NCBI GenBank assembly: GCA_951406725.2
Contig: OX597839.1
Location: forward strand, 30,628,001-30,692,000
Origin: Octopus vulgaris
Taxonomy: Eukaryota
DNA: 64,000 bases
Direction: 5' to 3'
Part shown: positions 40,604-54,657 of the stretch, one piece after another
Numbering within the stretch: the first letter of the stretch is position 1
Layout of the letters: the number at the start of each line of letters is the position of its first letter
The notes under the pieces: model-generated
What the model was told of the DNA's origin: nothing
The model's input: only the letters and a program-made list of their open reading frames with translations
Databases searched by the model: none
Program-made: the position numbers and the translations under genes

Positions 40604-42484
40604 TTTGGTCCCTCTGCTTTCGGTTTTGTTTCCTCGATATGTTACCCTTCACCGCTCACGGCCGCCCCCCTCCCCTTCTCCGTCGACCCTCAGTCCCCTA
40701 CCCCCCACCGACACCACAGTTATTATTATCATCATGATTATTCCGCCCCCTCCGGCCGCCTGTCTCCCTAGGCAGGCTCTCCATTCAACTCTTCCGCTAT
40801 TACACTATTCTTGTCTTATTACCCACCTCGTCTCTGGACCTCCTCCTACTCAACTCAACAATTGAAGCCGGCGACACGACTGCTGCTGCTGCTGCTGCTG
40901 CTGGCGGATTGGACGGTTGAGCAACCGATGATAAAGGTAAATGAAGGCGGTTGGCAGTGGAGGTGGCGCGGTAGACAACCTGGAAGTGTGATGGTTGATG
41001 GTGGATGGTGGTGGTGGTAGTAGTGGTGGTGGTTGGTGGTGGTGGTGGTGGTAGTAGCGATGTTGATATTTGTGTTGTTCCACTGTTGAAGTGGTGACAA
41101 TCATTGTTGCTGTTATTTAGCCCTGGTTCAACCAACCAATGGCCAGAGAGCTTTTTGTATATGTATATCTAGGAGTACCTTGGCTTGTGTGTCCTTCTTT
41201 TTGTTAATGATGATAGCGTGTGATTTGATGAGATTCGACTGCTATTTCTAGCAGGTCGACTATTTAGCTCTGTCTGTTGATGTTGGGGGTATTTGGCTGG
41301 GTGGCCGGGTGGGTGTGTTATTGAACATTAACTGGCGCCATTCTGATCAGAAGGCGGCAGTTATGTGGGTGGTGGTGGTGGCGGCGGCGTTCGTTGTTGG
41401 CGGTCTTCAATGATGTTATATTATTGTTTAGTCCTAGGACAGGTTTCATCAAGCAGGGTTACATTCAGAGACGTTCCAGCCGTGACCACCACATTGTTCT
41501 TTATTGAAACGAGTGCTACACATTTCTTTAAGACAGTGCGTGGGGTGGAAAGATTGGAGGGGGATTTAACTTCCATTTCTACCAACCGATCGACCGCCAA
41601 GTGGGTCACACATTGGGCTTCTGGAGAAGTGGTGTGGTGGTCGATGCATCGACTGGCAGAAGACGGTGTGGTTGGTGCTGTAGTTTACGGGTGGCTGGTG
41701 AAGGTGGCGGTTGGTGTTAATGATGTTGTTAGAGCGTGAACAAGACATGTATGGTAACCTACCCCCAACACACACACACACACACTCTTCTATATATATA
41801 TATCTACACATTTACACAAACACAGAGCCACTCACACACTTCTATAATTACACACACACACACACACACGCACACGCAAGCACACACACACACACGCAAG
41901 CACACACACGCACACAGCCACACATTTACACTGACACGCATCAATGACTTCGTCTCCTCCTCTTGATTGCTTGTTTTTTTTTCATCCCTATAGTGAAATG
42001 TTTTATGCTTCAACGAACTTCGCCTCCCCCACTCATATGCTGCCGCCTCCGCCTCCCCCACTCATATGCTGCCGCCTCCGCCGCCGCCTTAGCCTTCTTC
42101 CTACTCAACTGATTTCCATCTGTTCCACAATCGTCAATTTAACAGACTTAATCAAATTTCTGGATAATCTGCCAAACTGTAGCACCACCAGTTTTTTTCT
42201 GACCAGAAAAGAAAACCGGAACCCCCCCCCCCCCACGAAATAAAACAGTGTTGTTCGACTTTCAGCAGAGAAATAAAACCCGTTTTCTGTCCACAGATGC
42301 ATTCATAACATTTCATCACTATTTATAAGGTATAGTTGTGTGGTAAGAAGCTTGCTTGCCAATTACATGGTTCCGGGTTCTGTCCTACTGCGTGGCATCT
42401 TGGGCAAGTGAGTGGATTTTGGTAGAGGAGAAAAAAATTTTATAATGTCTGTCGTATGTATGTATGTATGTATGTATGTATGTA

Positions 42485-42524
<40 letters not shown>

Positions 42525-42910
42525 CACACACACACACACAGTATATTGCATCTTTAACTTCTTTCTGTCAACACCCCAAATGCAAGATCCCTTCCCTGAA
42601 GATGGATTATTTTGGACCACCGAGCCCCCAGAACAGCTGTTGGATTTGTAATACTTTTCCTCAACCCCTTTAATTCTCGGTATCATTTCTATTCTGTGTA
42701 AGTCAGTCCTTTTTGGATGTAAACATACATTTTTTTTGTATTTCCTGTATTTAATATACCTTTATACATTGATCCATATCTGACTTGCTTATTTCTAAGT
42801 TTGTTTCTAAACCCGAATCAAATTTAAACTCCATGAGCACAACTAAGTGTATTCTATACGAAGAATATCTGATTCTCTTCTATGAACAATGTGTGTGTGT
42901 GTGTGTGTGG

Positions 42911-43430
42911 AAGGCGGCGAGCTGGCAGAAACGTTAGCACGCCGGGCGAAATGCTTTCGGGGTCGATTAAATAAGTACCAGTTACGCACTGGGGTCGATA
43001 TAATCGACTTAATCTATTTGTCTGTCCTTGTTTGTCCCCTCTGTGTGTAGCCCCTTGTGGGCAGTAAAGAGATAAGAAACGTCAGCACGCTGGGCGAAAT
43101 GCTTAATCTATTTGTCTGTGTTAACCCCTTGTGGGTAGTAAAGAAATAGGTATTTCGTCTGCCACTACGTTCTGAGTTCAAATTCCGCAGAGAGGTCAAC
43201 CTTGCCTTTCATCCTTTCGGGGTCGATTAAATAAGTACCAGTTACGCACTGGGGTCGATATAATCGACTTAATCCGTTTGTCTGTCCTTGTTTGTCCCCT
43301 CTGTGTGTAGCCCCTTGTGGGCAGTAAAGAAATGAGAAACGTTAGCACGCCGGGCGAAATACTTAGCGGTACATCGTCTGTTTTTACGTTCTAAGTTCAA
43401 ATTCCACCGAGGTCGACTTTTCCTTTCAAC
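42911..43430 (+). mobile_element. Tandem rearranged SINE A cluster
   Basis: Head, core and tail blocks of family A repeated three to four times with internal deletions. Confidence 0.9.
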
Positions 43431-43894
43431 AAACACACACACACATTGTATATACGACGGCTCGAGGCTATAGTAGAAGGCATATGCAGTGGGACTGAAC
43501 CCGGCACCACGTGGTTGGGACGTAAGCTTTGTACCACACACTCACTCCTGCGCCTCATATATATATGTATGTGTGTATAATAATAATAATAATAATAATT
43601 AATAATAATAATAAAAGAAGCAAACTGCACACAGTTTACATAGTTTTAATATATGTTTTAATATATTTTATTAGTGAAAGAATATTGTATTTGTCGACCG
43701 GTTTCGCTTTCACTCATCATACCATTGAAATTATTGTAATTTCGTATTTTGTTAAGATTTTAGTCCATGTTGTATTTGGAGAAGTTTGTGAATGAATGAT
43801 TAACAAGTAGAAAAATCTAAGGGACGTAATTGGTGATCGTTATTATTGGGGACAGGGGTGGTAATTGCTCATCTTTCGGGGAGGGGGTAAATAC

Positions 43895-43926
<32 letters not shown>

Positions 43927-44095
43927 CTCTCTCTATATATATATATTTATATATATATACAAAAACTCCGTAGCTAAAGTAGTGAGATGAAATATGTACA
44001 GTGATAGGTATGTGATCATAAATTAAAATATGTATAGAGATCAAAGCTGGTTATGTGTTTATATTTAGACGTATTCTGTATTTTTCGATGAATAA

Positions 44096-44134
<39 letters not shown>

Positions 44135-44200
44135 CGAGTGAGTGCGTGTGCGCGCGTGTGTCTGAAAATATAAAGAATGGAGAAGTGAAGACTACAAATA

Positions 44201-44253
44201 TTTCATAGCTAAAACAATGTCACAAGTTATGTAACATTGTTTTAGCAATGAAA
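44201..44253. repeat. Short palindrome
   Basis: TTTCATAGCTAAAACAATGTCACA-AGTTA-TGTAACATTGTTTTAGCAATGAAA. Confidence 0.8.
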
Positions 44254-45371
44254 CAGGCGTTTAGTAGCAGAGTGTCGCAAACAGCTGCCCGGCCATTTTC
44301 GAGGTTAGTGTATCATTTCCTTTGTCTCAACGTCTAGAATCCGAAAAAGGTGTGAGGAAGAACTGGTGAGGCTTGCAATAAGGTCGAAAATCTGGCTGAA
44401 AACAAAATTGTACCTCGACGCTATTGACACGATGCTCGCTGACCCAAACTAGGACCAGAGAGTTTAGTAACACACCATCGTAAGCACACATGATCAGTCA
44501 ATAACTTTGGTCCCTGTATTGTTTTTCGAGGTGTTATGGCTCATTTTCTAATATTCTTCGTTACCATCGTAACGATAAGTTATTATCTTACTATCTTGTC
44601 TTACTTCTTAGAGAAACTCACCTTGGTATATTAAAATACAAGCAATGTCTTTGGTGGGGTCCCTGTATGTTTTTTCTGGCAATGCGATACACCGTTTCCT
44701 AGTACCGGGATAGTCTACAAAATGAGAAAGACGCAGTCATTGTTTCAGCTTTCAGATGCATACATAACTAAATAATTTTATATAGGTGGAATGATTAAAG
44801 GAGGTCTTCACGGTCATTTTTAGACCAAAACCAGCTTCCTAACTTCATCTCTTGCCGGGATATCGCATTCTAAAAGTCGCGAAACTTTGCGTTTGTCTCG
44901 GTTTTTAAGTTGTGGCGCTTACGACGGTCTCTCACTGGAAACCTCGTCGTCTTCATTTATATTTTCCATTGCTTACATTCTCAGATTCTTATTCGCACTT
45001 TTAGTAACTTTGCTTGCTCAACCGTCAGTTGTACGCTGACCGTCAGCTTATCTAAATTTCCTTTGATTACAATATGGGACGAGGTAATCGATGACGGCTA
45101 TTAAACTCTTTTTATCCTATATTGTCCATCTTTACTCATCTACACTCGATGTATACATGTTCGAAGCTTACTAACTTTCTACAACGATATCTTTCGTTCG
45201 CAGTCTAATGACTGAGAAAAAAGGGGACTCACGAAATGGGGCATCCTAATTTGCATGAGAGTGTATGTGCTAATTAAATTGATCAATCAATTAATATCTG
45301 CAGTACATTGTGTTTTTGGCTAATAAAATCAGTGGAGTATTTAAGGTTTGGTGTGAAAAATCAAGTCATTC

Positions 45372-45537
45372 GGCGCAGGAATGGCTGTGTGGTTAAGAAG
45401 TTTCTTTCCCACTCACATGGTTTGTGGGTCAGTCCCACTGTACGGCACCTCAATCAAGTGTCTTCTACTATAGCCCCAGGTCGGTTAAAGTCTTGTGAGT
45501 GGATTTGGTAGGCGGAAATTGTGTGGAAGCCATCGCT

Positions 45538-45570
<33 letters not shown>

Positions 45571-45680
45571 ATCTTTGTGTTTGAACCCATCACCGCTTGG
45601 CTACCAGATGTTGGCTTGTCTACTTTCGCGTAACTTAGTCGTTTGGCAAAAAAGACCGATAAAATAAGTACGAGACCTAA
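45372..45680 (+). mobile_element. SINE family B, diverged
   Basis: GGCGCAGGAATGGCTGTGTGG head, (TG)n, partial tail. Confidence 0.8.
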
Positions 45681-47442
45681 AAAAAATAATAAATAAGATA
45701 TTACGATATTAATGCCCATCTACTCACATACAGACACTCACCTATACACATACATCTCCACATATATCCACACACACACACAACTACACACACCTCTCTC
45801 CTCTCTCCACACACACACGAATTGCTCTTCTTTGCTGTTAACGACATCCGTCCTATCCAGGTGTTCCAACAGACTTAACCTTAACTCTTAATCAACAAAA
45901 TCTCCCAGTTATGTCTACATTGATTTCTTTCTTTGCTTTCCTTTCAGCGTCGAAAATGACATTCTTCGTTCCTTCTCTTCCCAAATCTCACACATTTACC
46001 AAAAGATGAACTCCACCAAAATGCCTTGTAAATCGCCTCATTTTTATGTGACAAAACCTGCCAAGTAAGTCATTTTGTTCTCTGTTACTCTCTTGTGAAA
46101 CATACTCCAACATTTGATAAATGTTCTTGTAGCTCAAGTGGCTGTGTGTGTGTGTGTGTGGGGGGGGGGAGTTGGCCACTCTATGTTCGCCGTGATCTGA
46201 TGCAGTCTCTAACCATCGTATCACGGCGCGTGTGTGTGTGTGTGTGTGTGTGTTGCAGCCTCACATCAGCTGCTGTTCTATTCTTTATGGCAGACTTAAA
46301 CATTGTTTGCTGGTTGTAACTCGTGTTCAAACGACATTTTGATTGGCTGCCTTCTGATGTACCCCCCCCCCCCCCCTCCCCATCCACCACCACCACCGCC
46401 GCCGCCGCGCCATTTCATTCCCCCGTCACCACTTTCAAGTGAGAACTTAATTATGTCGTTTAGCTACGACTCCTCTTTTGTCGTTGACATTGCGACTTTT
46501 TGAGGTGTGTCTGTCTGTTGGTCGACCTTTCAGTTCCATGTAAAGACATTATAACGATTACAACAGACACTCACCCCACCCCACCCCACCCCACCATCCC
46601 TTTACAAGCAATCTTTTATATCTATCCAATCTCCATCTCATGCAAGTCCATCGCTCGTCTAAACCACGAGTCTTTGACTCGTGACTCCTGCTGCTGATTC
46701 CTTTGTTGTTCATCTTAACGATTCTCTTTACGCCGACGTTGGAGCGTTTCTTCTTCTTCTTCTTCTTCTTCTTCTTCTTCTTCTTCTTCTTCTTCAGATT
46801 CATTTATTTTATTTTATTTATTTATTTTATCTGGCAAATTGTGAACAAGAGCGTCGTTTGTTACAAGTATTTTCCTCGAAGGAAATTCGATTGAATTTCA
46901 CGCGGCATAAATAACCAGGGAAGTGTAATGTTCGGGGCAGAACAAATATATCAAGGAAGTTAGTTCATAAAACGTCGGCTTCTCGGTTTTGTTGTCGATA
47001 TTTATAACTCGGTAATACATGCTCGCCAAATACAACATACACACACACATTTATATATAAATCACATGATTGACCAGACTGCTGGATGTTGTAATACATC
47101 GCTAGTCACAATGCGCTTCGCAATGCCACCCTGATGGCTTAGGCGAGCAGGCCAATATTCGAAGGCTATTCCGTCGTGCGGTTAACCATTTACAGCTGAG
47201 TGGACTGGGCTGGAACAATGAGAAATGAAGTGTTTTGCTGAAGAACACAACGCGTCGACTTGTCCGAAAATCGAACCTACGATCTCGCGATCATGAGAGT
47301 AACACCCTGACCACTAAGCCACACACCTTCACACACACACACACACACATTTCTTTTTCTTTTTTGTTTCAGTCCAAGGACTGCAGCCATGCTAGGGCAC
47401 TGCCATTTACTTTCCCTAAACCTCCTCCCATATGTGACATTT

Positions 47443-48430
47443 AGTGGATGAGGGAGTTTGACGTTGCTGCCCTCAATTGTGTTTCTTGCACAGAGGAACT
47501 CTTGACAGAAGGAGATCTAGTTCTGTTTTGAAAAAGCCCACGTCCATACCATGGAGGTTTCTCAGGCTTTGTGGGAAGACATTGAAGAGCTGTGGTTCTT
47601 TGAAGCCCAAAGTGTTGCAGTATCTGGCCCCGTCCTGCTGTTTGTGTGAGTGACAATGCCAAAGTTTGGAACAAGTTTCTCTAAGATTTTCCACATGTAT
47701 ATTATTGCATATCTTTCCCACCTTTGCTTCAGTGCGTGGAGTCTTAACTCTTTCAGTTTCTCCCATTAGCAGATACGTCGCCTTGCATCGATCTTGCTTG
47801 TATAGCTTCGCTGGATCGTCTCGAGTTCCGTCGTTAATTTTACACTGTTTGGTGACCACAGTTGGAAGCAGTAATCCAGACGGCTGAGAACGAACGTCCT
47901 CCAAAGGACCATCATGGTTTCCTTTTCTCTTGTTTTGAAAGTTCGAAGGATTCATCCGGTCAGACGTCTGCATTTTATTGCCAATTTAATAATGTGCACT
48001 TGAAAAGATGCATCACCACTCATGTCGATGCCCAGGTTACGAATTGATTTTGATTCCTAGGCCTGTGTTTCGTATCTGCTTTTCCCTGAGCTTCCTGTGT
48101 TGGCAGCGCAGGGTTTGGAATTTTCCAGCATTAAGCTGCATGTTAATTTTCCTCGGCCCACCTGTATATTGCGTCCAACTCACGTTGCAGATGCACAACG
48201 TCTCCAAGGTTCTAAGACTTTCATATCGTCTGCATAGCTAGCAAGGGTAGCTAGATGAGCAGCTGAGGGCATGTCAGAGAGGGCCATTATGAATAGCAGA
48301 GGCCCAGGGACAGTGCCCCGTGGAACACCACTCATTATTTTTGTTTCTTGGAGGTGGCTCCATTCACCACCACCACCACCACCACCTGACTTGTATTTTT
48401 TAGAAAGCCATTCAGCCATTCTCCAGGTTT
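47443..48430 (-). mobile_element. CR1-like LINE RT fragment
   Basis: SGVPRGTVPGPLLFI..LSDMP...YADDMKV, NMQLNAGKFQ, and C-terminal PQLFNVFPQSLRNL...FKTELDLLLSRVP across broken frames. Confidence 0.88.
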
Positions 48431-48455
48431 TCCAAATATGCCGAAATTTCGGAGC

Positions 48456-48520
<65 letters not shown>

Positions 48521-48588
48521 TGATGTGTGTGTATCTAACCTATGCCACCATGAAAAATGGACGTTTAATGATACATACGTACGTACTT

Positions 48589-48623
<35 letters not shown>

Positions 48624-48839
48624 TACATACATACATACATACATACATGGTGGCTGCCCCCTCGTTATCGAGTATGGTCATTGCACGAAGCTTAACTGTT
48701 ATTGGTGCTGAGATCGAACGTGACTTTTATTTGCTTTTTAAGGCTACAGCCAGCAATTCAGTTGAGACTCACAGCACTATCAACAATCATGAACAATGTT
48801 ATCGTGCAATGGCTGTGCAAGAAGATTTTTTTTAAAGTG

Positions 48840-49282
48840 AGGAAAGGCTGTGCACTGAGTTAATCCCACTCACTAAGCAACAGCAGCCATAATCCGAAAA
48901 GAAGAACAAGTCAACATCATCGGTAACCACTGACCCGCAGGTTTTACATCGGAGTTATCCCAGTTTCCTGAGTTACCTTCTCCTAGAAGGATGCCCTAAC
49001 AAGGGCTAGGAGTCCTTCACTCCCAATGATTTAACCGTGCGATCGGGTATTCAGTCCGATTATTTCTATGTCCCCACGCATGATACAGCCTTAAGACATT
49101 TATTGGATGGCCGTTGACTCTCAAGAGTTCCTCCGCCCTTTGACGGGTTTTGTTTTTCATCCCGCAGGGTGTCCAATAAACACCCTCCTCACCAAGCAAG
49201 CTTGGTGGGGTTGCCGTTTAGACGCCGACGGCCCGACCATGCAACAGGTTGTACTGGGTTACATGTTACCAGTAGCACTCGA
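48840..49282 (-). mobile_element. Probable RTE-type 5' UTR-derived repeat
   Basis: GC-richer hairpin-dense block; minus strand CTAGCCCTTGTTAGGGCATCCTTCTAGGAGAAGG resembles RTE 5' UTR motifs. Confidence 0.35.
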
Positions 49283-50099
49283 CATAAGTATATATGCATG
49301 CATATATACATATATATCTTTTATCTTTTAATTGTTTCAGTCATTTGACTGCGGCCATGCTGGAACACTGCCTTGAAGGGTTTTTAATCGAACAAATCAA
49401 CCCTAGAACTTTTTTAAAGCCTGGTACTTATTCTATCAATCTATTTTGCCGAAACGCTATGTTATGGGGATGTAAATACACCAGCGTCAGTTGTCAAGCG
49501 GTGATGGGGGACAAACACAGACACAGAGATACGTACATGCGCGCCCACGCACACATATATACGACAAGCTTCTTTCAGTTTCCGTCTACCAACTACGCAA
49601 TGATGCACTAATTCAACGCATGAAAACCACATAGTTGCATAAATACACACACACACAATATGCATGCATGCACATGGGCTTAAATAATATATATATATAT
49701 AGAGAGAGAGAGAGACACACACACACATGCATGCACATACACACAGTCACATACAAACCATAAACAGGATCATATAATCAGGCACACATACATTGGAAAC
49801 GTACACATGCATACACACAGAGCCTGAAGTATATTCATTTAAATCATAGCCGCACTCACACAGCACCAATGTTTGCCAACCGACCAATACGAGTGGTGGT
49901 GGTTGTTGTTGCTGTTGTTGTTGTTGCTGTTGTTGTTGTTGCTGTTGTTGTTGTTGCTGTTGTTGTTGTTGTACGATGATTTGTCAGACAATTTACAAAT
50001 TAAATGTTATGATTGTAGTTATTCACTGAAACATGTTATGTTCTGTAAGATCACTCAAATAATCGCGCTCTCTCTCTCTGTCACTACGTCTTCCCCACC

Positions 50100-50540
50100 A
50101 TATATATATATATATATATACACACACATACGTATCTATATACATATATATATATACACACACATACATATCTATATACATATATATATATACATACATA
50201 TATACATATACATATATATACACACATATATATATATACATATACACACATGTATATGTACATATATATACGTATATATATATACACACACATATATATG
50301 TATACATATATATACATATATATGTATATACATACACACACACACACACACATATATACATATACATATACACACGTATACGTATAAATATATATATATA
50401 CACACACATATATATGTATACATATATATACATATATATGTATATACATACACACACACACATATATATATATATATACTTATATATATACATATACATA
50501 TACACACGTATACGTATAAATATATATATATACACACACA
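50100..50540. repeat. Compound (TA)/(CA) microsatellite with internal duplications
   Basis: Directly visible; CACACGTATACGTATAAATATAT occurs twice. Confidence 0.95.
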
Positions 50541-51285
50541 CGAAACATTTCATATAGTTAAGCAACAGTTTACAACGCCTCCGCCTTCAGAAAGCGGCCG
50601 ATGTAAACCCGTCATGTTATTCTCTTTACCCACAAAAAAAAAAAAAAAAACGATAAACGGAAATTATTCTGATTTGTTTCATGGATGGTTGAGCACCGTT
50701 CAACAAATAAGTGGCCCTTAATCCTTTTTTCCAGGAAAAGAAAATAGCAATCGCTTTTTAAACGAAACACAAGCCAAGACCAATGGTTCCCCTAACTTGC
50801 GTCTCAAACGTTTTCTGACGGGGTCGGAGACGAAATTACTAATACTTCACACGCAAACGATGTGGGTTAGCTTGCAATCCACCTGTCTCTCTGACAGTGT
50901 CTCTGTGTGTGTTTATGTGCATATATATCATGTATGTGTGTGTATGTGTATAATGTATATATGAGTGCATATGTGTATGCATGTGTACATAAAATATACA
51001 TATATCAAATATATGTATAAATGTGTATGCATAGTATGTATATGTGTGTGTCTATATATATATGTACACTCACATGCAGACAGGCATATAACCATGGGTA
51101 ATCATGGGAATAAAAAAAGGCGGGCAACAGACGATCAAAATCGATCTCAGTTCTTGATTGGTATTTACCGATCTCAAATGGGTGAAATTGCATATGTGAG
51201 TGGGAGGTGGGATTTGATGTCAGAAGCTGATGCATTAATAACTCAATACATTTTTCTTCTCCCTCTGTTTATTTCCTCGTGTTCC

Positions 51286-51320
51286 TTTCTGTTGAAGAGC
51301 GTAGGCTCGAAACGTAAACG
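51286..51320 (+). ncRNA. Minimal hammerhead-like motif with CUGUUGA core
   Basis: TTT-CTGTTGA-A-GAGC-GTAG-GCTC-GAAA-CG-TA-AAC. Stem II perfect, ACGT stem III, GTA triplet; followed by GAGCGTTAAACTAATA. Confidence 0.6.
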
Positions 51321-51434
51321 ACTTTCTCACCTTCACGAGCGTTAAACTAATACATCTGTCTATGGTTTATACACATGTCTTCGTATTTTTTTTCCTGTAA
51401 ATTTCAACTATATATATATATACGCATAGTGTAC

Positions 51435-51701
51435 CTGTAAATGTAATGTGTGACAATTATTCGGTGGCCATATCTCCGAGTTTCGGATGCCGAGGTGGAA
51501 ATCCACGCCACCATCTCTTCAGTTATCCGGCCCAGCCGCCTGTACTACTACTCTCAGCTGTAGTCGCCTTATACTACAAGGACGATTTTCTTTCCGATGG
51601 CCGAATAACTGAAGAGATGGCGGCGTGGATTTCCACCTCGGCATCCGAAACTCGGAGTTTTATTACGGCTACCGAATAATTGTCATATATTACATTTACA
51701 G
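51435..51701. mobile_element. Penelope-like inverted terminal repeat pair, a hammerhead motif in each arm
   Basis: Arms 51435-51530 and 51598-51701 are reverse complements; each carries CTGAAGA...CGAAACTCGGAG. Confidence 0.8.
51600..51669 (+). ncRNA. Type I hammerhead ribozyme, apparently intact
   Basis: GCCGAATAA-CTGAAGA-GATG...CATC-C-GAAA-CTCGGAG-TT-TTATTACGGC. Stem I 9 bp with one bulge, full core, long stem II, minimal stem III, GUU triplet. Confidence 0.78.
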
Positions 51702-51785
51702 ATAAATTCTTCTATTTACATAATATCGAAGTCTTTTTCTTTCTTTTGTCGTCTTACCATTTTTATCAATACGTATAGTGTATAC

Positions 51786-51834
<49 letters not shown>

Positions 51835-51839
51835 TATAC

Positions 51840-51880
51840 GGGTGTATTTGTGTGTGTGCATATATATAAACAGGTGTATT

Positions 51881-51927
<47 letters not shown>

Positions 51928-51937
51928 CAGGTGTATT

Positions 51938-51979
<42 letters not shown>

Positions 51980-51984
51980 GTATT

Positions 51985-52031
<47 letters not shown>

Positions 52032-52100
52032 GTGTATTTGTGTGTGTATATATATATATATATATATAAACAGGTGTATTTGTGTGCGTATATATATATA
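51840..52100. repeat. Minisatellite: (CAG)GTGTATTTGTGTG unit alternating with (TA)n, 6 copies
   Basis: GTGTATTTGTGTG recurs six times with variable (TA)n spacers. Confidence 0.9.
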
Positions 52101-52194
52101 AAATAGGCAATTTTGTCTTTAAATGTATGCATGTGTATGATTCAGCACATATGTGTGTATATAGTCAGGCACAAATAAAAACTTACTCTCTCTG

Positions 52195-52238
<44 letters not shown>

Positions 52239-52389
52239 TTGCATGTATAAACACATATACTCCCATACAATACACGCACAAACAAAATAATTTTCAGAAA
52301 AGAAGAAAAACTAGAAAAGAGAAATGAGTGTAATTCTAAGAACAATTATATAATCTATCTATCTATCTATCTATCTCTCTATCTCTCTA

Positions 52390-52420
<31 letters not shown>

Positions 52421-52444
52421 CTATCTACCTACCTACCTACCTAC

Positions 52445-52503
<59 letters not shown>

Positions 52504-52831
52504 CCTACCTACCTACCTACCTACCTATCTATCTACCTGTCTAATATATTGTAGTTATAAATGCTCATAAAACCTCATTTTATTCTAGGCTGCCTCTCTT
52601 TCTCTCTCCCTCCCTCTTTCTCATTCATATTTTTTTCGACTCATTTTTTTTATATTAAGTTTTAAAAACTGATTTATTATTCAGAAAATGTAACTTTGTT
52701 AAACTTCACATTTAGTAGTTACGGCACACACACTGAAATGGATACCACACACACACATAAGTATATACACTCTGACTTAGTATAAATTATATATATACAT
52801 ACATACATATATATAATGTGCTTGGATACTT

Positions 52832-52994
52832 ATGGCTAACAAAAATGTTTTTAAAACTACGGACGTAGAAATTTCTTCGGCCGTAAGAAACAGCGATGTG
52901 TATACAAGTTTGGCTCCGTTTCAAGAGGATTTAAACCAGCAGATGCATTATGGGAAACCAGTCAAGATGGATAGTATGTTTGGACCCTATCATG
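52832..52994 (+). CDS. Candidate first coding exon of an unidentified gene
   Basis: ATG-initiated, non-repetitive 54 codons (MANKNVF...MDSMFGPYH) ending at G|GTAAAT, a plausible phase-1 donor, in otherwise simple-repeat sequence. No family recognised. Confidence 0.35.
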
Positions 52995-54596
52995 GTAAAT
53001 ATGACCTTGAATATACACAATATATATTTATATTCATACATTCCTATATACATACATATATATGTACACACACACACACACACACGCACACATTTCAGTT
53101 AACTAAACTATCGCAATGTAAAATGAAGTGCCTCGCTCAAGGATACATTTTGCTATTCTTCCAGGAATCGAATGTACGACTATATTCTCGTGGGCCCCAA
53201 TTCGCGTCTTTACATGCACACACCTACACTCACACATTGATTCCAACATACATACATACACGCAAACTGAAACACAAACATACATACATGTATAGCTGTG
53301 CTAATTTCCTGCCATTCTACCAACGATAGAAACCCTTCAATTCTTCTGCGGTTTCTCTTCTTTCAAATTTTTCATTAACAATTTAACTCTGAGTCTTTTT
53401 CTTTTTGTAGAATTTTCAGTGGTTTCGAACCCGACTCCTCGCTTCATTACACATCAACTGAATTTATTAATAATTCTTTCAAGCTTTGGCCCCAAGGCTA
53501 GCAATTGGGAAGGGTGCGTTGATTACATCGATCCCCCCACCAGTACTCCGCTGATACTTTATTTTATCACCCCTGAAACGTGGGAAAGGCAAAGTCGATT
53601 TCGGTGTTATTTGAATTCGGAACATAAAGAGCTAGAAGTATGTTACCCTGTACCCAAACGAGTCTACCCGTCCGTCTCTTTCCCTAATATTTGTAGTCAT
53701 TTGTATGGAATATAAGCAAGATCCAGTGTGCTACCGACAGTCCCCGAAACTTCACCTACCTTTCAGTATTGACTGTCTTAGGGGAGCAGAAAGTTACATT
53801 ACAAAGAACTAAGGGTTTTTATTTGAGACACTCCACAGTGGAAATTTCTCCAGAAAATTACGAAATTATATAAGTTCACTCTTGCAGTGATCGTGTCACT
53901 TTGCTGAAAAAAGATTTAATTTCGTCAACAACTGAAGTCGTAACACACCTTGTTGTCCATACTGTCTCTGGTTGCGCTGACTTCAGTCACAAAGGAAGAC
54001 GTCAACAGAGATGGCAGGAGTCAGGCTTTTCTTTTTTTATAGATTAGTTGTGGCAACATTATAAAACAAACACGAAAGGTATGGCATAAACACAGAAGAA
54101 GTGTTAGAGAATGACAAAGTGACAAACCGGGAATAAAACATTCCATACAGACAGAGCGATCGGGAATTATTTGTTTAGATATTGCTGACATGCACCACCG
54201 AAGCAAGAAACGTCTCCTAATCGAAGTACTGATGATTTATCTCCAATCGATTATTGATCTTGAAATGAAATGGAAGAACGACACATGTGAAGTTCTACAA
54301 GTCGCCAGAACTTGAAAGCGGGGCGTGAAAACCGAAATAATCTCCATGAAACTAGGCGCCTTGAGAGGTGTTGAACAGGTAAAAATAATAAAAAGAATAA
54401 AGCAACATATGCAGGCGACGATTATATGAGGTGGGACTTGAAAAATAGAGAGAAAATAGCGTTGATAAGTAGTTTGTAGGGTGGAATAGTATGAACACAA
54501 TAGAAGAGATTCTAAACTGTTACAAAAAAACATTACGTGAACCTAAAGTTGACTTGGCTACATTCGCCAGCGAAATGAGAGCACGAAATGAAACTA

Positions 54597-54657
<61 letters not shown>

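Noticed and set aside
40620-41130. GC-richer stretch with several short ORFs (poly-Q/H/A)
   Set aside because: Low-complexity triplet repeats give ORFs in many frames; no consistent coding signal.
52832-52994. Assigning the candidate exon to Pax2/5/8 because it ends in H-G at a phase-1 donor
   Set aside because: Only superficial resemblance; no paired-box exon found in the window.
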